From the NCBI GenBank assembly GCA_013239625.1, contig MU054400.1:1409146-1473145 (forward strand): a DNA stretch of 64,000 bases, in the 5' to 3' direction. The position numbers and the translations under genes were made by a program. The notes beneath the pieces are model-generated. The model ran no database searches and had not been told where the DNA came from. It worked only from the letters and a program-made list of their open reading frames with translations. The stretch's first letter is position 1, and each line of letters starts with the position of its first letter. Positions 53,998-64,000 of this stretch are shown piece by piece. The DNA comes from Lama guanicoe (lineage: Eukaryota).

Positions 53998-54838
53998 GAT
54001 GCTCAGCTTGGATGCTTCCTTCTCTCTCCTCCTCCTTCCCTACCTTTTATCTGGGTGCGTTTTTCCTGGGGCACCAGGTGAGTCAGAGGCAGGTGAAGAT
54101 GTATTGCTCAATCTGTGACAGTCCTGGGCCCTGGTTACCACAGACCCCCTCCTCTCTTAGGACTGCCATTTCCCATGGGCTCCTAAGTCCTGGGCAGAGA
54201 GACTAGGGAGAGGGGCTGTACATGTGGGGACTGACGGTACAGTAACTGAGTAAGGGCAGCCAGGAATCCTCAGGGGCATCCAGTGATGGACATTCTCACT
54301 CAGGTACCCATAGTTACACATTCACAGTCACACTGCTATCACTCGATCAGCCTCACATGGTCAGACTACCACAGACAGAATCATATAGCCCCAGTTACAC
54401 TCAGTCCCACTCCCACACAGTTGTGTTTTCAGTCATTCAACCATACAGTCATATTAGCACACCCAAATCTGATGGAGGAGTTGTGGGTGGGGTGGGAGCA
54501 GAGGGTAGGCCAGCACCAACTTGCCTTCATTTTCCCCTCCCCACTTCCTGCCCTAGCCTGCATGTCTTATCAGGAGAAATTGATGGGAATGGGTCCCTTA
54601 GGGCCCTTCTGGCTGAGGAGGATTCTCACCTGGGCCAGTCACATTCAGCGTGAGAAACTGGGAGAAAGCCCTTTTTGGTGGTATGGGGTGACTTGAGGGT
54701 ACTGAGGTGGGGGTTGCTCTCCCCAGAAAGATGAGATATGAAGGATGGAGTGGATAAGGAGGGCAGATGAGGTATGGTAAAATGTCTCTGGTGCCAAGTT
54801 GCTGCTGTCAAACAAGTAAAAAACACAAGAAATCTTAC

Positions 54839-54937
54839 CTTCCTGTTTTTGGCTAGTCCTGTCCCAGACATGCCAGCCTCTTGCCAGCAGAGGCCTGGGG
54901 TTTCCAGACTCAGTCCCTGGCTTATTGAGACATCAGA
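54839..54937 (-). pseudogene. Frame-disrupted remnant of the PESKY-type alternative exon of CCL27
   Basis: 99-nt AG...AAG|GTAAG segment. Piecewise translation MS..ISQGLSLETPGL..LARGWHVWDRTSQKQE resembles my recollection of mouse PESKY MSPTSQRLSLEAPSLPLRSWHPWNKTKQKQE, but here ATG TCT CAA TAA stops at once. Confidence 0.65.
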
Positions 54938-56837
54938 CTTAAGAGCTCAATTACCTCTCCTTTGTTCTATTCAAATTCCAGTTTCTTTCCACTTTGGGCC
55001 TAGAAGAATATCTCCTCCCAGCCCAGCAACTACACCCTCTACATTCCATCCTCTTGGTAAAGCCCCAACCTCCTATTTCATTCCTGTCCCTTTTCTAATC
55101 CCATATCCAGCCCTCACTCCCTCTTCCCCTCCGCCCCCAATGCAAAATGATTCCTCCTCTCTCTCCTCTTGTCCTTTCCAGGAAGCTGGGAACAGCCTAG
55201 GGTGGGGGCAATCTGCTAAGATTAGTGCTCCTGGCACCTTGAAGAATTTCCCACACCTGGGCTGGGGATTTCAACCCTCCTGTCCCGCTCTGCATTTGAA
55301 ACATAAACTGAGTCATAGCCCAATATTCCAGCCCCTGTCTGATTGTTGCAAGGGTGCCTTCTGCAATCTTCTGCTCTGTGACCAACTATCCTCTAAGGGG
55401 GCAGGCCTACTCTTGGGGTAGGGACCCATACCTTCCCTGGGCATCTTTCTGCTGCAGGGCTGCTGCAACAATCAGGAGGGACCATCAGCTCCGAGAGTAG
55501 GGACTAGTCCCCTTCCCAGGCTGAAGGACTCGAGCTTCTCCTCCCCTTCCTGTCCAGGGTGAGGCTGGAAGGTCCTTCCCTGGAGTTAGTCTTGTGGATA
55601 CTCAGGTATTTTGAGTATTTAGGAATTCTGAGGTGTAGGCCCAAGGCTGGACAGGATACTCCACTTTTGTCAGGGTTCTTGATGTAGACATCATGAGGAA
55701 ATGCCTCAAGAGCCTGGGTTCATTCTTGAAGGTGGCCACAACCTAGAGGTCACTCATCTTGAACTTCTAGTACCAAAGGCCTTAGGGTCTCTCTCTCACC
55801 CTCCAGACTGGCATGTGCCCCAGAGCTTGGGTGCAGCCACTGAGGTACCATCATCTTGTCACAAATCTTCATTGGCTAACTGTCTGTTTGTCACACACTT
55901 TGTAGTCCTTCCTAGACTAGTCGGTCCAGAGGCCTGGGAAGGCAAGGAACAAATTCTTCCACGTATGCACCCATCTCTCCCCTTTGGCTTCTCCGAAGAT
56001 AGGGCCGAGTCCTCTTCCCAGCTACAACCTGCTTCTGCTCCAGGCTGAAAGTTAGCTTTGCCCCCACCCACAACCTGGGCTGTCTCTTTAGTTCTCTGGT
56101 GCCCTGTCTAGTGCTGGGACCAGTCCCTAACTGAAAGCAGGCCCACTAGGAGTCCCTGACCCTTCAGCACTTCAGGAGCTAGTGGGTCTCAGGCCAACTG
56201 GGAGCCCAGACAGAAAGGGGAGGCAGGGAACAGTGGCCCTTGGGTTCTCTTAGGGAGGTAGAGCTTGGTGGGCTGATGCCAAGTATCTTTAAGCTTGGGA
56301 TCAGACTGGAGGAGCTGGAAGCTGGCGTATTAACTGTAGGAAAGACCTCCAGCAATCCTAAGTCATTCCCCTATGGCAGGCTGTTGGAGGCAGCTTCTAG
56401 GAATTTTCCCCTCCTCTCACAGACTACTACTTCCTACAACTCTGGGTTTAAACTTTCTTAGATCTACTCCCAGGTGATTCTTCAGACACCTGGCAGCATA
56501 CTATCTAGGAGGAAGGTGGTAGCAGAGAGCTAGGGTTGTGGGAACCTTATGGATGTGGGAATAAGGTTGGAAGACCAGGCCAGGACTATTTAATTCCCGT
56601 CATATAGGCCACTCACAGCGATGGGTGTGTGTGTGGTGGTGGAAGGCAGTCACTGATAGTAAGGAAGGCCTGACTCAGATGAGGGATCCTTAGGAATAAT
56701 GGGGACCAGGACATGGACAGGCACCCTATCAGGGAGAGAGGCCCTGTCAATAAGGAAACAGCCAGCATGGAAGGGGGCGTGGGGCCCAAATGGTGGCAGC
56801 GGCGGCAGAGTCAGGAGGGCGGCACGGTGGGTTCGGT

Positions 56838-58077
56838 TTAAATCTTTAATGCACCGGCTGGCTGGGCAGTGGCAGTGGGGGTGCGGCGGGGGAGGCCGCG
56901 ACCAGAGCGCTGGGGAGCAGGGCCCAGGCCGCTAGACAGACAGCTCATCAGGCCCCGCAGAGGCTCCAGCTTCTGCTCCCGAGGGTGCGCCGAGCTGTGG
57001 GGCGACCCGACACTGGCATGAGCCAGGGCGAGGGCTCCCGGCCCCCCTCCCCCGACCCATTCTCCGGGACTGAGACTCGTCCATGCCCCGGGCGCGGCCG
57101 CGGTATCGCAACCCCCTCACCTCCGCTCCCTCCGCCACATGCGCAGCCAAGGGAAAAAGTAGAAGCAGCCCCAGTAGATCCTGCAAAGAGACGGCAGAGC
57201 CGAGCGGGGCGGGGCGGGGCTGACCCCACAGACTCCGCCCCTTGGACGCCTCGCCCCTCTCATGGAAGGCTCCGCCCCGCCCCTTAGAGGCGGTTCCCTA
57301 CAGCCCCCGCCCCTAAGAGGCCCCACCCCTCCCGCTTCTCCCGCCCCCAGAGAACTCGTGNNNNNNNNNNNNNNNNNNNNNNNNNNNNNNNNNNNNNNNN
57401 NNNNNNNNNNNNNNNNNNNNNNNNNNNNNNNNNNNNNNNNNNNNNNNNNNNNNNNNNNNNNNNNNNNNNNNNNNNNNNNNNNNNNNNNNNNNNNNNNNNN
57501 NNNNNNNNNNNNNNNNNNNNNNNNNNNNNNNNNNNNNNNNNNNNNNNNNNNNNNNNNNNNNNNNNNNNNNNNNNNNNNNNNNNNNNNNNNNNNNNNNNNN
57601 NNNNNNNNNNNNNNNNNNNNNNNNNNNNNNNNNNNNNNNNNNNNNNNNNNNNNNNNNNNNNNNNNNNNNNNNNNNNNNNNNNNNNNNNNNNNNNNNNNNN
57701 NNNNNNNNNNNNNNNNNNNNNNNNNNNNNNNNNNNNNNNNNNNNNNNNNNNNNNNNNNNNNNNNNNNNNNNNNNNNNNNNNNNNNNNNNNNNNNNNNNNN
57801 NNNNNNNNNNNNNNNNNNNNNNNNNNNNNNNNNNNNNNNNNNNNNNNNNNNNNNNNNNNNNNNNNNNNNNNNNNNNNNNNNNNNNNNNNNNNNNNNNNNN
57901 NNNNNNNNNNNNNNNNNNNNNNNNNNNNNNNNNNNNNNNNNNNNNNNNNNNNNNNNNNNNNNNNNNNNNNNNNNNNNNCCCCACCCCCCGCGGCTAGGTT
58001 CCTCCTCCGCACCACCCCGCCTCCACTCACTCCTCTTCCGCCTCCAGCGCCACCTCGTATCTCCTCAATCCCGACAT
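56838..58077 (-). CDS. Uncharacterised 87-aa microprotein upstream of CCL27, 3 coding exons
   Basis: Exons 58031-58077, 57121-57180, 56838-56994 total 264 nt with GT-AG junctions and matching phases: MSGLRRYEVALEAEEEIYWGCFYFFPWLRMWRRERSSAHPREQKLEPLRGLMSCLSSGLGPAPQRSGRGLPRRTPTATAQPAGALKI*. Minus-strand ATTAAA at 56845-56850. Confidence 0.8.
57361..57978. other. Assembly gap (618 N) in a GC-rich intron of the 87-aa gene
   Basis: N run. Confidence 0.99.
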
Positions 58078-58389
58078 GTCCTGGGTTCCGAACGTCTCCT
58101 GGGGAGCGGCATGATTGGATCAAGGATTCCCCAACCCCAGGTCCCTTTCTGTCATTCTCGGGACCCGACTGACTTGTTCTCGGGTAATATGAGACAGGTG
58201 CCCCCGGGAAGACTCAATTGCCACATCAGGACAGGGTGGGATTGAAGATTTGGGAGGCACGAGACGTTAAGGGATTGGGCAGTCGGTCAGCTTGGGGGCA
58301 TGGGGTATTTAGGGAATTAGGGTCAACGGCTTGAAGGTCATGGGGCTGGGATATTTGGGGGCCCGGGTGAGGATTTTCGGGGGCTGGGG

Positions 58390-58640
58390 TCACCTGGAGG
58401 GGGGCTGAGGGGTCGGCGCAGCCTAAACTCCCGCCCTCCCTGGCTCCACCCCGGAAACAGACCGCTACGTTACGTCACAGGGACACCGTCGCACACTAGG
58501 GGTGGGGTTTACGTATTACCCGGAAGGGGCGGATCCAGGCCATTTCTTCTGAGGAGGCGGAGTCCAAATGTCACTCCAGGAGGTGGAGCCAAGAGTCTAT
58601 CACTAAAGGGGCGGAGTCGGGGCTTACTACTAAGATGCGG
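58390..58640 (-). promoter_or_regulatory. CpG promoter of the 87-aa gene
   Basis: ETS CCGGAA (~58451, ~58519), CRE-like TTACGTCA ~58470, several GGGCGG/GGCGGAG boxes, possible donor CAG|GTGACC (exon end 58394). Confidence 0.6.
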
Positions 58641-59659
58641 GGCACGGAACCCTCTTTAGTAAGGATGAAGTGAGATTTTGGAGCTCCACCCTGGGTGACT
58701 GACACCCCAGTACTAGGCAGCAAGAAAAGAGCTTTGGGACGTAGTCCACTACTATTTTCCCAATCCCCTCTCCTTAGTTTCTACTCTTGACAGTTTTCTT
58801 TGTCTGCCCCATTCTACTGGGCAGAGGAGGAACAGGGCTCTGGAGAGGGCTCAGTCTAGACAGGCCAGACTATGGAATACTCGTTGGCTGAGTGGCCCTG
58901 GCCAAGTCATTTAATGGCCAGAAGATCACAGCTTTTCCTCTCTGAGCTGAGGCCTACCTTCCTGTGATTTTTGTTCCTATAGTCAGTAACTAGTCAAATA
59001 TTTATTAAGTGTCTACTATGTGCCAGGCAACATGCTGCGCATATGGCAGTAAAGAAGACAGGCACAGCTTCTGCCCTCAGAGAGCTTATCATCTGGATTG
59101 TAGAAGGTGAAATCAAAAGAGACAATAAAATCACTATGATAAACGCAGCTGACTGTCTGGGGGCAGTAGAGGGTGCTGCAATAAAGCCAGGAAAGAGTGA
59201 TTAAGCCAGTGTGGGAGGTTGGAAATAGCTGCCCTAGTTGGACTGTGGAGTGGGGAAGGGAGCCTTGTGGCTGGATGGAAGGCAGAGAATGACCAGAAGT
59301 AACTGAAATAAAAGTTCCCCCAGGCTGAAGTGTGGAGAATGTATACACCTATCCTCTCCCCCCATTCCACCCTCTTTCTCCCTCTGATGCCTGTCTTCCC
59401 CTGCCTGGGCTACATACAGACAGGTGACAGACAGATCCGTGGATGCCAGTTGGAAGCACTGAAGTCTGGGCATGGAGAAGCTGTGCTATACTCACCCTTG
59501 CTCACACTCACACTCACAGTAACACTCCTGCCCTGCCCCAGCCAGGTCAGGTCTGGGGCAGGGAAACTGGAGGTCTGGTCTTCCCTTTCTGATCCTTGGC
59601 TGTATGACATGTCAGTGATTCACATTCCTTCGCTGGGACACAGGGCTCCCTCTGGGGAG

Positions 59660-60204
59660 CTAACTGCCTTAGCACTTGCCCTGGGGGAGGAAGGAGAGGC
59701 AGTTCTTGGCCTGGGATCTTGGGCAGGGGCTTGGAGGGAGGAGGCAGGGCTGGGGAGGGCTGAGCTGGCCTTGGCTGAGCTCCTTTGTAGTCTCCGGATG
59801 ATGTGGTCCACCCAGGACTGGTTTGGGGGTGCAGTGTGGTGAACCTAGAGTTGGAGCGAATGGAGCTTTGGAACCCAGCTTCCCGGCAGTCCTCGGTGTG
59901 AAGGGAAGAAGTTGAGGACCACATCTGGGAAACTTTCAGGGGCATCCTTGTGAGAAGGGGCTCAGCAAGAAGAAGGTAAGTGAGATGGTGGGCGGAGGCC
60001 TGCATAATATTTATTTTTAGAGGAGGTACTGGGGATTGAACTCAGGACCTTGTGCATGCCAACGTATGCACTCAACCACTTGAGCTATACCCTCCCTCCT
60101 AGGCCTGCATAATAGAGAAGGTGATTGGATGGGGAGGAGCCTGGTCACTCTACACCCCACTCACAGGACAGCAGTAACCTGCAGCTGTCCTTGAGTAAGA
60201 GATA
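59660..60204 (-). pseudogene. Partial, unprocessed CCL19-like pseudogene (3' part of exon 2, exon 3, exon 4)
   Basis: 60165-60204 reads YLLLKDSCRL.AV|GTGAGT. 59770-59844 reads FTT../APPNQSWVDHIIRRLQRSSAK with a frameshifting ~19-nt deletion removing RGRQLC. 59660-59680 reads GKC*GS* versus CCL19 MKRRSS*. No recognisable CC motif or signal exon upstream. Confidence 0.8.
60010..60100 (-). mobile_element. tRNA-derived SINE (Vic-1-like) with perfect 14-bp TSD, in the CCL19-like pseudogene intron
   Basis: TSD AGGCCTGCATAATA at 59996-60009 and 60101-60114; body closely similar to the copy at 30229-30350. Confidence 0.85.
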
Positions 60205-61115
60205 GGAACAAAAAGTCACCAAAAATGTTCCCAAGAATTGCATGTGGTTCACCAAGAGACAGAGTCCTCAGAGTTGTTGGCATCACTCAGACATGGGGGG
60301 ATGAGGGTGGGTGTTAGCATTAGGGTTGGAGGGACCATAAGGTGGGAAGGCCACATCCCTGGCTGGAATTCAGGACATTTGTATCCAGGACCATCACTTT
60401 AGTGTTCCTCTCTCTCCCACCCACATGCACTGTCCTCTTCTTCCTCTGGAAACCCAGGCTAGAGGGGACAGAGCTTCTTGAGAGAAGGGCAGCCAGAGGC
60501 CCCAAAGCCCATCTAGGCACCGACACTTCCAAGAACACCCGGGGCCCAGGCACATCTGTATCACAGAGGTCCACACAGAGGACACAGGCACACCCACACC
60601 ACACAAGCCTATGTGTAGACTACATAGGGATGCACGCAATGTGCAGGTGCACCCCCAGTTCTCAAGGACACAGAGTCACAAGGGCACACCTATTTGGCAC
60701 ATTTACCTCAGTGCTGGTCTGAACTCGTGGTCTCCATCACAGGCTCCCTGAGACCTCGCTGATTCCTGTTGTGCCTCTCCCCTTACCAAGAAATGAGTAC
60801 TCTGAGAGAGGAGCAGGGCTGTGCCGGTGGCTGTGGAGGGCTGACAGAGGTGGACAAATGGTAGATTCTCTGGAAGCAGCAAGTGTGTAGGTTGCAGGAG
60901 TCCAGCTTGTGTGTCACCTGTGTGACTGTGTGAGGCTGGATGGGAGAGTGAGCAGAATAGTGATGGTGAGGGAGTCCTTGCAAGACCTTGAGGGTCCTGT
61001 GAGCCTGTGTGTGGTGTGTGGGTGTGTATGTGCCTATGTGAGCCTGTGGCTGTCTTTTGTTGATGCCTCCCCAAAGCTTTCGTTTTCTCTATCCTGAAAT
61101 GTCTTCCCTTCTGTT

Positions 61116-61805
61116 GTGTAATAAAGAATTTGGTCCCTGTCCTTTGTCCCTGCTCCTGAGAGGGAGACTCTAAATCTTTGAAATTTCCCAAGTGATACAA
61201 GTGTCTTTGTTATTTATGAGCCCCTTGGGTCACACCTGAGTTTATACTAAGAGATGAGATGACTTGGGGTGGGGGCTTGTCAGTGGAAAGACCAAACGTA
61301 TCAGTGCAGAACTGGGGCTTTGAGCCAGCCTGACTGGGGACTTTGAGTCCAGTCGTATCACCAACAATTGAGTCATGCCTGTGTGTGAGATCTCAATAAA
61401 AACCATGGACACCAAAGCTCACAGAACTTCCTGGTTGGTGAACACATTGACATACTGGGAGCTTAACGTGCCCTATGGCTCTCCATGGGGAGAGAGTGTG
61501 GGAGCTCTGTATCTGAGACCCTCCCAGACTTTGCCCCGTGTGTCTCTTCATTTGGCTGTTCCTGATTTATATCCTTTATAAAAAACTAGTTGTGAGTATA
61601 GCACTTCTGAGTTCTGTGAGTCATTCTAGTGAACTGTTGAACCTGAGAGGGGTTTGAGGACCTCCTGGACTTGTAGCTAGTTAGTCAGAAATGCAGGTGG
61701 CCTGGGGACCCCACCTGTGGCAGACGTCTCAAGTGGAGGCCGGCTGGTTGGGACTGTGCCCTTAAACCTGTGGAGTCTAACACTAGCTCTGGGTGGTTAG
61801 TGTCT
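61116..61805. mobile_element. MER21-like solo LTR
   Basis: TGTAATAAAGAATTTGG...CACACCTGAGTTTAT...TCTCTTCATTTGGCTGTTCCTGATTT...GAGTTCTGTGAGTCATTCTAG...GGTTAGTGTC. Confidence 0.65.
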
Positions 61806-62759
61806 GAAATGAATGGCCATATATGAGTTGGTGGCAGGATACCTTTCCACTGGTTACAAGCCCCGCTGTCTCCATCTATCTGGGAGAAACTTTTTTCCCT
61901 TTCATAACTCCTCAGTAGCCTCCCTGTCCCCATTTCCCACTTCTGTCTTTAGCTCTGACAACCTCAGCACTTAACACCTTGGACAAAGGAAGGGGAAGGT
62001 TTGCAGTGTTGTCCCCTTGAAGGCATTTGAACATCAGTTTTAAGGCTGGAGGTCAGAGCTTGGTTCAGGATTAGAGGTCAGATTAAGAAGGGCCTCCCTC
62101 CTTTGTAGGTTCCTCCTGACTCCCACCTCTTCTCTGAGGTCCTGAAATGACTAGAGTGGGAAAGATGGGACCCAGCTGGTCCCCTAGATTCCCTGAGGAC
62201 AGTCACAAGAAGCAGGGTAAGGCTGGAGAAGGTCTCCCAGGTCTCCCTAGACCCGTCACAATTCCTGCACACCCATCATCTGAGACCTACTCCTTGTATG
62301 GACAAGCAGGGCTAAAGGGAAAGTTCTTTGGAAGCAGGTCCAGCTCCCATATCTTCCATCTCAGGACTCTAGGGCTTCACCCTCCTGGCCCAGCCAGTTC
62401 TGCGTGGAGTCAATGGCTACCCCATTGACTTATTTTCCTATGCCCCAAGCTGAGTCAGAGAAGTAGCATGAGGGGAACCTGGCCTAGAACACCCCCTTCT
62501 ACCATGCCTTCCCTGTCCTGGGAAATGAGAGGGGATTTCTGAGGAGAGGAGCTGTTCAGCTTACAGAGATGCAAGGAAACTAGAGATAAGGGAGAGGAGC
62601 AGGTGCTTTCTCACCTAATGAGAGGGACCCAAGAGGCAGAGACCAGAGGAGACCTCTCAGGAGACAATAATTGTGGGGTGCTATTCTGTTTCCCATTCCC
62701 AGCCCTAGAGCATATGATGTCACAAGCTTAACTGGACCCATTTTTGTCTACCTCATCTC

Positions 62760-62965
62760 TTTCCATCATCCGTGCACTCATCCATCTATCCATCCATCCA
62801 TCAATTGATGGGTTCATCCATCCATGTGTCCATATGCCTACCCATCGTTGTCTCTCCATCAGTCCATTCTTCATTCTTTCATCTATCTTTTCACATCTTT
62901 ATGTATTCATCTGTATGCTTAACCATTACCCATCTATTAATGCATCTATTCATCTATTTATCAGT
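62760..62965. repeat. Degenerate (CATC)n / (TCCA)n simple repeat
   Basis: CCATCTATCCATCCATCCATC-rich tract. Confidence 0.7.
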
Positions 62966-63789
62966 TATGGTAATAATTAACATTTGTTGATTCTTAAGTG
63001 CCAGGTACCGTGCTAAATGCTTTAAATTCATTGTCTTATGACAAATCTATGAAGCAGAGCACTGTGAGCTCTGTTTTTGTTCATGTAGATGCTTTTCTAT
63101 ACTCCTTTTTATGGTGCCTTTAGGGAGTTTCTCTCCCACTTCATGTGGTCTTGGTGGGTCTAGCAGCCACAGTGCTCTGATCCATCTGCCCCATTCCCTG
63201 GCCACTGTAATATATGGAAGAACTGAGTATGTGTCCTAAGCATTGTTCAAAGCTTTTCCTGAGATTTGGTGTTAGGAGAAAGAGGGCTTCTGTTTTAGAT
63301 CACTCACTATGAAAATTTAGACTTGAGACTTCCAGTGGCCATATTTTCTGCTGCTAGAAGGTCGCCTGTCTATAACAGGAATGAGGCCCCCACACAAAAG
63401 AATTAGAAGGAAGTCAAGTTAAAATATGGAGATAACATCACTTGAATCCCTGAATCCAACCAGGGCTGAAGTAGACTAAATCTTAGTGAATCTAATTATG
63501 TGATATGACAAACTTAACTTTTTGCTTAAACTCCTTTAAGTAGGTTTTTTGTCATTTGCAAAAGAAAGAGCCCTGGGTAATGATTATTGTATTATTATCC
63601 CCATTTTACAGGTGAGGAACTTAAGACCCAGAAAGATTAATTTACCCAATGTTTCACAGCTTATAAATGGCAGAACATTGGTACATATTTGGAATAAAAC
63701 TGATGTCTGTCCATCTATTTATACATCTATCTATCCATCCCATTTATTTATTTTATTTAATTTATATATATATATTTTAAATTTATTTA

Positions 63790-63923
63790 ATGTTTTGGTG
63801 GGGTCATTAGGTCTATTTATTTATTTATTATTAGTTTTTTCTTTAAATGGGGGTTCTGGGGATTGAACCCAGGACCTCATGCATGCTAAGCATGCACTCT
63901 ACTACTTGAGTTATACCCTCCCC
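63790..63923 (-). mobile_element. tRNA-derived SINE (Vic-1-like)
   Basis: GGGGATTGAACCCAGGACCTCATGCATGCTAAGCATGCACTCTACTACTTGAGTTATACCCTCCCC with an AT-rich tail. Confidence 0.8.
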
Positions 63924-64000
63924 ACAATTTGCTTATTTTTCTGACCATCTTTCAATGCTAAGACACCAAAGGCAGTAAGACTTGCCAGCTCCAATTCTGA

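Noticed and set aside
54774..55421. 215-aa plus-strand ORF
   Set aside because: No recognisable family and Pro/Ser-rich; antisense to the CCL27 upstream region.
57262..58245. Long ORFs spanning N runs (also 32312-32806)
   Set aside because: Artefacts of assembly gaps.

Overview
Mammalian genomic DNA with spliced genes, CpG islands and eutherian repeats. It matches the gene block syntenic to human 9p13.3: RPP25L(-), DCTN3(-), ARID3C(-), SIGMAR1(-), GALT(+), IL11RA(+), CCL27(-). I reconstructed all seven CDSs exon by exon; all have intact frames and GT-AG junctions. Three copies of a short tRNA-derived SINE resembling the camelid Vic-1 family suggest a camel, llama or alpaca genome (inference). 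Items the ORF track misses: (1) a 3-exon gene for an 87-aa microprotein upstream of CCL27; (2) a frame-disrupted remnant of the PESKY alternative exon of CCL27; (3) a decayed partial CCL19 copy; (4) a U12-type intron in DCTN3; (5) a CTG codon upstream of the ARID3C ATG that aligns with ARID3A Met1; (6) a ~28-bp tandem array in ARID3C intron 6 made of copies of its own splice donor; (7) three in-frame tandem donors at SIGMAR1 exon 1; (8) phase compatibility for a GALT-IL11RA read-through fusion. There are two assembly gaps (32533-32727, 57361-57978). All orthologue comparisons are from memory, not from searches. No CRISPR-like or prokaryotic system is present.
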